In this document: positions 11,601 through 21,708 of the stretch, one piece after another
Position numbering within the stretch: position 1 is the stretch's first letter
Layout of the letters: each line of letters begins with the position of its first letter
From: Takakia lepidozioides
Lineage: Eukaryota > Plantae > Bryophyta
Length of the DNA stretch: 64,000 nt
Direction of reading: 5' to 3'
Assembly: GCA_030704615.1 (NCBI GenBank)
Contig: CM060731.1
Coordinates: forward strand, 95,480,001-95,544,000
Made by a program: the position numbers and the translations under genes
The notes under the pieces: generated by a model
Told to the model about the DNA's origin: nothing
The model's database searches: none
Seen by the model: the letters and a program-made list of their open reading frames with translations, nothing else

Positions 11601-14600
11601 GCATCTGCTATCTCCCGAAAGAATAGGTTGGTTTTGTAGAGCAGAAAGTACCTCGTCACATAGTCACGTAGGCTCTCTGCTGCAGGAGATATCTCCATCT
11701 TGAACTGATGTGCTTGTGTGTCCAGCTGCTCTTGCGCATTCGTCGTCACCTGTGGAGATTGTCCATCAGATCGCTTTCCTCAAAAAATACAATGAATCCA
11801 CCCCCTACTAGAGTACAAGCCCCAAACGAAGCGTGGGGAAGTACCTGAAACCACCATGTCATGCGGTTCATCCACATGTCGAATGTGGGGTCAGAGAGTT
11901 TGTCCGGTTTGGGGAAGCTCCACATGTCCCTGGTACTTTGGGAACCATTCCAGATTTGGAGCCACCGGGTCTGTCCAACCACCCAGCATATTCGTAAGCG
12001 CCAAACACCACAAAAAGGAGTTGTTGCCACCACAATTTGGTTAAGAATGTATCACCTTTTCTGTTGCATCCACACAGGATGTGGCTAGACGATGGAGCTT
12101 CTCCAATGTCATCGTGGGCTTCAGAGCGCGAGAGTAGTGCTTCCCCACCTCCACCAGAAAGTCGGCACCAAGGGCGGGATCAGCTATGGCCACGTACTTT
12201 ACCATCCACGACTTGTACTTTATGCGGGCCCTCACCTCCGCAGCTTTGACATACGATTCGAGTTCCGGGAGGGTTGGATTCTTCTCCTCTGACTCCATGT
12301 AGAACCTCCGCGCATGTGCCAAATCCTGCTGTATTTTCGTCTGTCGAAAAGGCGCACATAAGATTAGAGATCCTGCTCAACACAATTTCTTCTATTGGGG
12401 GAGGAGAGACAAATTAGCTCAACAAAACTGTGAGGAGCTTTACCCGAAATATGTAGTCCACCATGGCGTCGACGCTCAGCCTATACCAGGTTCTGTCTGC
12501 CTTTGCCTCCGACTTGCGCAGGAGGTCGGCACTGAGGGAATTGGCAAACTCTTGCACCCCCTGCTTCCCGACATCCTTCACTCGGAAGAGCATATGGGAC
12601 AAGTTCGTGGCAATGAAGGCATTCTCAGTCACCCTGCAGTGCCACATTTCCATCAAACAATACTGAAATGGGAATTTTCATCATATATGAGGATTCGCAA
12701 TGAAATGACTTCCAAATTCAAAGTCCAAAAGCGAGAGGGGTTGTAGCTTACGAGTTGATGTCGGCCATTGCAGCTTTGAGAAGACTGCGATCTTTGGGCC
12801 CCGCAACCTTCAGCACAACACAATCGACGGCGAAATGCCAATCGAGATCGTTGGGGTGGGCTTGGGCAATGTGCTCCATCCATGCCAGGAGGCGATGATT
12901 GCCGTCCCACACGTAGAACATCTTACCGGACATGTGCTGGAAAAGAGGATCACTAGCAATCGATCTCTCGAACTCCTCATTTCGTGTTTGCCAATGGGGA
13001 CCCCATTTGTCCACCTCATCGGAAGTGTGGGCACGGGAAGCTCCGTGGTCGTTCTCAATGGAAACGTAAAAGGCGGCAGACCCCATTCGATATCCATCCC
13101 GGAAAGAGAATTTCAGCTTGTCGATATCGCCTGGCAGGGCAGGTCTCACCACCTGCAATGACACCAAGCGGCAAAGGGGAATTCGAAGCTTGGCCGGGTA
13201 CACCATGCCCCCCAGCACCCTGCCAATGTTGCTGTGGGTTGCCTCCAACATCTTGGCAGCGGCCAACTTCATATCCGCCTCAGACATGACGTCTGCTGCA
13301 GAGGGGTTTTCCGGCAGCCCACCAGGACCGCCAAATCCAGCCTGTATGCTCCGGGTTTGGGGCCTGGGGATGTCCGGGAGGATGTCATCCTGGTCAGAAA
13401 CCTCCATGTCGTCCTCCTCAACAGGGTCAGCCACCTGCGAAACAACCTCCAGCACTCTTGTCGTCTCTACTGCCCTCTCCCTGGCTTCACCTCGAACTTG
13501 CACAATCCGTGCTCTTTCAGGTGTTCTTTCCTCTCCTCCACTCTCCACCGTATGGGTAATTGCGGGGGCTGCTCTTGCCCGCGATGGTCTAACCGGTGTG
13601 CTACTGCCTCTCTGTGGTGTCTTGTAGGGATCCACCGTCTCTGTGGGTCCCTCGCTTACATTGGCATCTGTCATTTGGGCACCCCTGGCCTCTTCAGCTG
13701 CCTTTTGTCTTTCCTCCTGGCTAGCATTCTGTCTCGTCTGTTCTTTTGCCCTCTCTTTTGCCCTCTCACGGGCTTTCTGTTTCTTACTAGGGCTAGCAGC
13801 AGGGGAGCCCTCCAGGACAACCACCTTTGATTGAGGCGAACTGAAACCCTCGCGCGCACTGCTCACTCCCCCCTCCGCAGCCCGTGACTGCTCTCTCGCC
13901 GGGGATTGCATGTGCTTAGCTTTCTTCTTTTCTTTGCGTGGGCGGGCCCTACTGCATGTGCATGAACAACCTCCATTGCCGGATCTGCTGTCCTCATGTC
14001 CTCACGCCCTTCACCTGCCATGCCGCCTGCACCAACCTCCCCAATGCCTACTCTGTCGTAATCTCGTTGCAAGTCCTCCCGTCCACCAACAAAAGGTTTA
14101 AGTTTGCCCTCTCGCCCCAAGTTGGGCGATTCAAACATGCGATGAGTTGGAGCTGTCGATGATACCACCAGCGTGCCGGGCTCGTCGTCACTCTGTCATT
14201 GACAAAAATCGTGAAAACCAACATCGGTGCAAAAAGCAGCATCGCAACGAGCAGCGCAACCACCATAGCAACAATCATGTAGCAAAAATGAAAACATAAC
14301 AAGTTTAGGAAGTATGGAGAGCCATGCAACAACAATGAAAACAAATGCAACCATTGCCTAAGAATGACATGCACAAGCAGCCTTCTCCAGAGCTGCCGGA
14401 TTTGCACACGCATTGCAAACAATCTAAGGTTCACTCAACTATCTAAAGTTCACTCATACAGCAAAGCCAGGATGAAGATGCAAAAACAAAGCGAAAGCAA
14501 AAAATAAATCGAACAAACCGAAAGCAGAAGTGGCTTGCCTGAGAGTACTCGGCTTCAGTTGGCGCAGGTTGTGAGCAAGACACTGGAATCTCCTGCTGGA

Positions 14601-14715
14601 GCTTCAGTTTGGCCATGCGAGAGATTGGCCGTCGTCCGTAGTACAGAGCTTTCAACTTCCGCCGCGGTCTGGATGTGAGGTCTCTCTCAGGAGAGCCACG
14701 CCCTTCAGGAGGCAT
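8677..14715 (-). CDS. Multi-exon ParB/Srx-like + beta-class N6A/N4C DNA methyltransferase-like protein (E2); at least two apparent frameshifts
   Basis: GT-AG exons: ~13911(or further upstream)-12752, 12633-12444, 12340-12056, 11970-11845, 11749-11535, 11019-9892, 9803-9539, 9454-9257, 9127-8677. Most junctions are in phase, and the boundaries are conserved in E3/E4. Motifs: VWDGNHR; CDMILLDIPDG; RSPAFIQTLMETCSDVQGRILDLTCGTG|ASMWAGTLSDRHVFAFE. The first exon (14715 to ~14540, RPRRKLKALYYGRRP) is tentative. Confidence 0.78.
11047..11460. repeat. Intronic tandem repeat, 95-bp unit x ~4, each unit carrying GGCGCCGAATTTCC
   Basis: CCGAAAATGG recurs at 11047, 11142, 11237 and 11332. Confidence 0.9.
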
Positions 14716-15040
14716 AAGTCCCAGCCAAAAAGATCTCCTTTTTTGGGGTACATGCCTGGAATACCATGTTAAGCCAAGTTTAGAATGAGATTTAGGGTAC
14801 GTGTCCAGGAAGCCATGCGTCGCCAGCCCAAATAATAACCGACGGCCGTCGACATTTATTGCCCAACTGCGCAATTAAATGTCGGATGAAGCCCTCCATG
14901 TCGGATGAAAATCGACGTAAACAGTCCCGGAATTTCCAACGTAGAGGTAATTCGGAGCGCTGCACGATGGAATTCCGGCGCCGGATTTCCATCCTGCAGG
15001 TAATTCGGAGCGCAGCAGGATGGATATCCGGCGCCAAATT

Positions 15041-15700
15041 TCCATCCGCGGAGGAAGGGCGGCGGTGGAAATTTCCCTCATGCAGGTAATTCGGAAGCGC
15101 GCGGATGGAAATCCGGCGCCGAATTTCCATCCGCGGAGGTAGGGCGGCGGTGGAAATTTCCCTCATGCAGGTAATTCGGAAGCGCGCGGATGGAAATCCG
15201 GCGCCGAATTTCCATCCGCGGAGGTAGGGCGGCGGTGGAAATTTCCCTCATGCAGGTAATTCGGAAGCGCGCGGATGGAAATCCGGCGCCGAATTTCCAT
15301 CCGCGGAGGTAGGGCGGCGGTGGAAATTTCCCTCATGCAGGTAATTCGGAAGCGCGCGGATGGAAATCCGGCGCCGAATTTCCATCCGCGGAGGTAGGGC
15401 GGCGGTGGAAATTTCCCTCATGCAGGTAATTCGGAAGCGCGCGGATGGAAATCCGGCGCCGAATTTCCATCCGCGGAGGTAGGGCGGCGGTGGAAATTTC
15501 CCTCATGCAGGTAATTCGGAAGCGCGCGGATGGAAATCCGGCGCCGAATTTCCATCCGCGGAGGTAGGGCGGCGTGGAAATTTCCCTCATGCAGGTAATT
15601 CGAAAGCGCGCGGATGGAAATCCGGCGCCGAATTTCCATCCGCGCAGGTAGGGCGGTGCGCCAAATTTCCCTCAAGCAGGTAATTCGGCGCCGATTTCCC
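15041..15700. repeat. Near-identical 85-bp tandem array (~7.5 copies) carrying GGAAATCCGGCGCCGAATTTCC
   Basis: TCCATCCGCG at 15041, 15126, 15211, 15296, 15381, 15466, 15551 and ~15635. Confidence 0.95.
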
Positions 15701-16440
15701 TCCTGCAGGTAATTCGGATCCCGGATGAATGGAAATTCGGCGCCGAATTTCCATCCAGCAGGTAAGTCGGATCCCGGATGAATGGAAATTCGGCGCCGAA
15801 TTTCCATCCAGCAGGTAAGTCGAATCCCGCATAAATGGAAATTCGGCGCCGAATTTCCATCCTGCAGGTAATTCGAATCGGTGCCAAATGGATATTCGGC
15901 GCCGAATTTCCATTCGCCATGTATTTCTGAGCGTGGAATTACCTTCGTGCAGGTAATTCCCAGATGAGAATTACCTTTGTGCAGGTAATTTCCAGATGAG
16001 AATTACCTTCGTGCAGGTAATTTCCAGATGAGAATTACCTTCGTGCAGGTAATTGTGGACGAAGAATTCACATCGATTGGAATTACCTGGAGGAAGGTAA
16101 TTCTCATCTGGAAAGTACCTGCACGAAGGTAATTCTCATCTGGAAATTACCTGCACAAAGGTAATTCTCATCTGGGAATTACCTGCACGAAGGTAATTCC
16201 ACGCTCAGAAATACATGTCGAATGGAAATTCGGCGCCGAATATATATACGGCACCCATCCGACTTACCTGCTGGATGGAAATTCGGCGCCGAATTTCCAT
16301 TTATGCGGGATTCGGCTTACGTGCTTGATGGAAATTCGGCGCCGAATCTCCATCCACCCGAGATTCCACTTACCTGCTGGACGGAAATTCGGCGCCGAAT
16401 CTCCATGCATCCGGGATTCCACCTACCTGCTGGATGGAAA
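15700..16440. repeat. Long inverted repeat (~350-bp arms, ~27-bp spacer at ~16054-16080) between the two divergent E2 genes
   Basis: CATGTATTTCTGAGCGTGGAATTACC pairs with GGTAATTCCACGCTCAGAAATACATG; CGAATCCCGCATAAAT pairs with ATTTATGCGGGATTCG. Inner 32-bp units contain AATTACCT-N6-AGGTAATT. Confidence 0.9.
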
Positions 16441-17348
16441 TTCGGCGCCGAATCTCCATCCATCCGGGATTCCACCTACCTGCTGGATGGAAATTCGGCG
16501 CCGAATTTCCATCCATCCGGGATTCCACTTACCTGCAGGATGCAAATTCGGCGCCGTTTTCCCATCTGTGGAAGTTTTTATGTTGGCCAGTTTTCGGTCT
16601 GACCCCCCGACAAGACTTCCTTTGGGGGGGGCCCGGATGGAAATTCGGCGCCGAATCTCCGTCCATGGGATGTTCTCTGTCGCACACTCGCCGGCCTCTG
16701 CGCCCGAGGCGACTTCATCCGGGCGTCCCCTGTTCGATATTCGGTGCCGAATTTCCGTCCGGGGGTTGAAATGTGACGGCCAACTGCAGGCCACTCCCCC
16801 CTCCCCGACTGCATCCGAACCGCCCCGGATGGAAATTCGGCGCCGTTTTTCCATCTGGGGATGTTTTTATGCCGTCCAGTTTTCGGCCTGACCCCCCGAC
16901 ACGACTCCCTTTGGGGGGCCCGGATGGAAATTCGGCGCCGAATCTCCATCCAGGGGATGTTCTCTGTCGCACACACTCCGGCCTCTGCGCCCGAGGCGAC
17001 TTCATCCGGGCTTCCTCTGTTGGATATTGGGTGCCGAATTTCCATTCGGGGGTAGTAATGTGAGGGCACGGTGCTGGCTTCTCCCCTTCAACCGTCATCA
17101 TCCGGACGGCCCCCCACTTTCTGACTGCATACCGTTGGCAGTTATTGCGCAAAGACCAGGGGCCGCATTCCGGAGACAAGGTTCATTAACACTCTGACTG
17201 TGGATTTTTGAGATAGTTGGCTCCCTGGATTTGGATCAGGCTTCGTCGCTCGGACAAATCGGCATCGCATTCATTCCCATCGCTGCACCCCCTTCTACCA
17301 GGGAGCTTCCCCGCACGCCATCCTGGCAGTCTTGTGTGCACATCTCCC

Positions 17349-20300
17349 ATGGCGGAAAACCCGAGCGCTACAGTGTACTGCCCTCCTCACGAGCATAGAG
17401 CTTCATTTCCGTGCAGAGGGGACACCTGCCGGGTGATGGAGAAATATCTGTGCGTTCGATACCACCTGAAACCGGGGTCGGTTTTTTTTGGAGGAGGAAA
17501 GGAAGGACTCAAACGGCCTTGTTGTCGAGAGTATTGTTGTGCTCCACGATGATTTCGGCGATGGCAGGGAATGGCGAGTTCCACCATCGGACAGCGTCAT
17601 ATACAGGGCTGTTGGGGACTTCATTTGCCCGCCAAATGCACCGTCTATCCTGGCGCCTTCCACGAAACAATCCGCGAATCAGAGAGTGGGTACCTCAAAG
17701 AGAGAAGTCCGCAACGAAGTAAATCCAGAGCCGAACCCATCCATGAAGACGACCGAGAACCGGGTTGTTCACAACCTGTCCGACTCAGACGAGGTCATGG
17801 AAGTTCCGAGGTCGTCCTGGAGATCAGGCAAGTCCTCAATGGACGTCAGTGGAGGAGGGAGTCATATTCCCAGCACGAGCACCGCAGTTCGATCTATTCT
17901 AGAAATTCTGCGAGGGCTTCACCTGGAGGGACACCGGTCGGAGCTGGCCGGGCTGGACTACAGCAAGTTCGCAATTAAATCGGTTACATGCCTTCCCGCC
18001 GACGTCGACGGTAATATCTTCTTTGAGTTCCCTCCTCGGGCGGACTACTCGAGGGCGTCCGGAATGTTGACAGATATGGATAGAAAACATGACGGTCATC
18101 CTTGGTGCGTTACCAAAACCACCAGCATGAAGATGCTTGATGGTGTGCGGGTGCGCTACGTTGTTTGTGCGGGCGCGTTGCGGTGTTTCTCCCCAACTTG
18201 CTTCCACTTTAAATCCAGAGGTCACAGGAACAAGACCGATTGGACAGGCACAGCTCACCAACCATTTCGAGCTCAGGAGAAGGTTCCGAACTCCACATTT
18301 AAGTGTGCGCATTGCAAAGAACCACCACACTGCATGTCTGTTTGTAATGCCAAGCAGTTCTATGTGTTGCACCGTTTCCCTGACCTCACCCGAGCTTGCA
18401 TACACGTTGGTTCCCATTGTCACAAATTGGCGAGGGGGAACTCGCGGGAGGCTGCCCACGAAGCAGAGCAGCTCGTTCAGGAGGAGGTTAAGTTGAGACC
18501 GGGTGCCAAACCCAAACAGATACAGCTCCAAGCCGCCCATAAGATGGCATTGGCCAGAATTATGTCGGAAGACGGCTCCGATAGAGTTCCTCTCGACGAG
18601 AAGGAAATGGAGGCATTGCTGGAGTCGGTGTCCCACGTATGTTCACCGAATGTCCGAAACCACATTGTCTCATGCAAACAAAAAATTGGGCGTGGCTCGG
18701 ATATGCACTCCATTCTGGAGGTGAAGCGACGATGTGGATATGACTACATTCATGGAAGTAGGTTTCCAGGACAAGGGACTGAGGCAGATCGTTGTTTCGT
18801 ATTCAAAATGTCCACGTGTGGACCTGGCAGTGGCGTCAAACTGGTCGACAGGATGACGAGTGGGAACTTGTCAAACAGTTGGGTCATGTTCGACCATATC
18901 AAGCGAATTACAAATCACCAGTGGGTGACAATGGGTGCACATGTCTACGACACCCACTGCAGGATGCTAATGACAATTGCTATTTGTGAGATGAAAGGAG
19001 AGGACACACAATCGGAGATGCTTCTTTGGCAGGGAATAAACGAACAGATGGCCAAGGCGGGATTGCCCCCTCCCAATTTCCGTGGTTTCATGGCGGACAA
19101 CGCACAAGCAAATTGGGCTGCCATCCGAAGGGTGTACGGGCAAGACCCCAATGTTCCCATGGAAGGCAAGGAGAGATCTTGTGGGTTCCATTTTCTGCAG
19201 AGCCTTTCGCAGTACACAACCAGGCTCGTGGCGCCAGATTTCAGAGAGGAGCACCGTTCCATGTGCCTTGCGTGGAAGCGCGCTCCCACCTTGGATGATG
19301 CAGAGACACAGTTTGCATGCATACGGGCTTGGTGGACATCGTCAGGTGCTGTAAGGAAATCAGACGAAGGAGCAATGGTCAGTTGGCTAGCATGGTGGCA
19401 TTATCGTTTCCTCCAGTTCGGCGACTATATGCGGGAGGTGAGTTGCACGAATTCGCGTCCCGTTGGATATTATTCTTGGCCATATTTGTAACTTGCTTGT
19501 AACCTCAACATGTGCTTGTGCAGGAAATGTGTCTCGACTCCGACACCGACATGCCCACGACAAACATGGCCGAATCAGTGCACTCTTCCTGGCGTGCCTC
19601 CTCTGCGGCGCATCTGGTGGACATCCTCACTGCCACAACGGAGGACATTGTGAGGTCAATTATGCAGCAATGCAGGTACAACGAGTTCTTGAAAGGGAAA
19701 CAGTGGGGCTTGGGGCCGGACAGGCAGGAAATGCTGATGCGGACTGCCTCCAGATCGAAGAATCCTCGGAAGTGGGCGGCGGCCTTGCGAGAGGGCCTTC
19801 GGGACACGCCATTGCTGCGAAGAGGCCAACATTTGGAAGGAGATGTTCATACCCGTCCAGTGAGACGAAGACTTGACGAGGCACCTGGCGGAGAAGAGGA
19901 TTCATGGCGAGCTGACAAGAATATTCGCACGCTCCCTCGTGGTCCGGTGATGTTGTCCGAGGAGGTCTCGTCGAGCACCGGAAGTCCTGCACGTTCAAGA
20001 TCGCCATCTCCTTTGAGCACAGGGCGCGTGCCCCTGCAACATAACGAGCCATCTGTAGTAAAGCAATACAACATTCCCATTGTGGAGACAAGAGTGTCGG
20101 AGTCACAGTGGAGAATTGCGAGGACATTGCCGGCATTTCGAGGGAAGTGCTGCGCCATCCGGGTGGATACGAGAGCACGCTGTGGTGAGATGATTCGGAG
20201 GAACCCACACGGTGCTGTACCTGCACCTTGTTTCAGCGGCAGATTTTTGACTCCCACATTTGCTCACGCCACAACGCAGACATTTTGGTTCTGTAGGCAC

Positions 20301-20923
20301 GACATAATGACCTGTGTATTTGCAAGCCCAAGTACGGGATTCAGGGAATGCCGGAGCCTCCGGGCGTCTGGCCTGTTGCACCGGGTTGCAGCCTCTCTCA
20401 GAATGAGGCGGATGCTCTATCTGCAGCAGGATTTCGAATGGTGCAACGCACAGACATCCCGGCCCACGCATTTCCGGTTCCTCAGACCCAGCCATTGCAG
20501 ACTGCTCGGTCCAGTAGAGACGGATTGGACAATTCTGCACATCCCACAATGCGATTCGGAAGAGTGAAGAGACGACACCCTCCCAACAAGTTGAATGAGA
20601 CTCGGATTGCCAATGCTCTTGGGATGGCTTGCACTATTCAGAGCTCCGTGGACGTACCCCCACCCGGCCTTGGGCGTGTGTATCGGATGGCAACGGCCGG
20701 CTCGGCTGTACGCGACGATGTATACACAATTACGATTGGAGTGGAGCCGACTTGCAACTGTATGGACTTCTCGTTGATGGAAGCAAAGAAGGGTTCGAAG
20801 TATTATCCGTGCAAGCATCTGTATTACATTTACCTGAAGAGGTTGAGGATGAACGTGACTATTGATGACTTTATTCATGCACCGGCGTTTGAGCGTGAAC
20901 GAGCTGCACAAACTCCTCCTTAG
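17349..20923 (+). CDS. MULE transposase: GCM/WRKY-like Zn DNA-binding domain, DDE domain, SWIM; one intron (19438-19523); frameshifts near 17485, 20330 and 20890
   Basis: DGHPW...VCAGALRC..C..CAHC..C..H.H; VMFDH; FMADNAQANWAAIRRVY; CGFH; TTNMAES; CNCMDF...PCKHLY. The start codon is uncertain. Confidence 0.88.
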
Positions 20924-21089
20924 GGATTCCAGAAATCATTGATGGGGCAAACGGAATCCTCCATATGGATATTTTCAAATGCATTTTGCTGTATCAGACT
21001 TTTTTTTTGCAGTGTAATGAAATGCACCCCAAAACTCCTGGAATGAGGCAATATTCCATTCAAACTGAGATCCAACAGAAGCAGTTGTG

Positions 21090-21460
21090 GGGCCATTTCT
21101 GGAAAAATGGCGCCGAATTTCTCTTTTGGGGCCGAAAACTCGCTAAGTCCCAACATGCACTGGTACCTGTGTTTGGGAAAATGGCGCCGAATTTCTCTTT
21201 TTGGGGCCGAAAACTGGCTAAGTCCCAACATGCACTGGTACCGTGTCTGGAAAAATGGCGCCGAATTTCTCTTTTTGGGCCGAAAACTGGCTAAGTCCGA
21301 ACTTGCACTGGAAAAATGGCGCCGAATTACCTGTCATGAGGGGACCTATAGCCGTGGAATTCGGCACCATTTTTCGCCAGAGAGACCTATTGCCGCGAAA
21401 TACGTCGCCGTTTTTTCAGGTTACGGACCCTATTACCGCGAAATTCGGCGCCATATTTGC
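21090..21460. repeat. Tandem repeats with AAAATGGCGCCGAATTTC downstream of the E2 transposase
   Basis: ~75-bp units sharing CCGAAAA(C)TGGCTAAGTCC with the 11047-11460 intron array. Confidence 0.85.
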
Positions 21461-21708
21461 ACATGTCGCTGGGAATTGGCATGAGCGGAAGACGAAATTT
21501 CATGAGCACAACTGTCAAAAGTGCAATTTTTCCTTCAAGGGGCCGAATAATATATTTGTTTTTCCTGACACATTGCATTAAATTATTGTTTTTTATTGTT
21601 TTTTATTTTCGAAATTTGTACTTCTGCTCATGAAAACCGATTGTGTTACTACTCTGCTCATGCCGCTCATGCCGCTCATGCTCATGAAATAGCAAACCTC
21701 ATCCTCGG

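Larger units (their letters stand above)
8457..21700. mobile_element. Complete large MULE copy E2 (subfamily A2), 13,244 bp
   Basis: TSD ATCCTCGG at 8449-8456 and 21701-21708. Ends are GGGGGCTGCTATTTCATGAGC and GCTCATGAAATAGCAAACCTC. A degenerate empty-site paralog lies near 51111-51135. Confidence 0.93.

Noticed and set aside
8677-14715. Bacterial contamination as the source of the ParB/MTase gene
   Set aside because: The gene has conserved spliceosomal introns and lies inside a TSD-bounded element nested in plant-type LTR retrotransposons.
15041-15700. CRISPR-like array
   Set aside because: Units are identical along their whole length, with no unique spacers and no cas genes, in a eukaryotic context.
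14792-17179. ORFs of the MEIRRRISI / MRHRIS / GNAAPHF type (also 42878-44124, 52225-52857, 58273-58946)
   Set aside because: They are translations of the palindromic repeats and open on both strands.
8677-20923. Programmed frameshifting in E2 genes
   Set aside because: The indels differ between copies and often lie in homopolymers, so decay or sequencing error is more likely.
8457-21700. Zisupton/KDZ or hAT classification because of the 8-bp TSD and SWIM domain
   Set aside because: The transposase core (D..MAD.A...AI..V..CxFH..TTN.AES) fits the Mutator DDE pattern.
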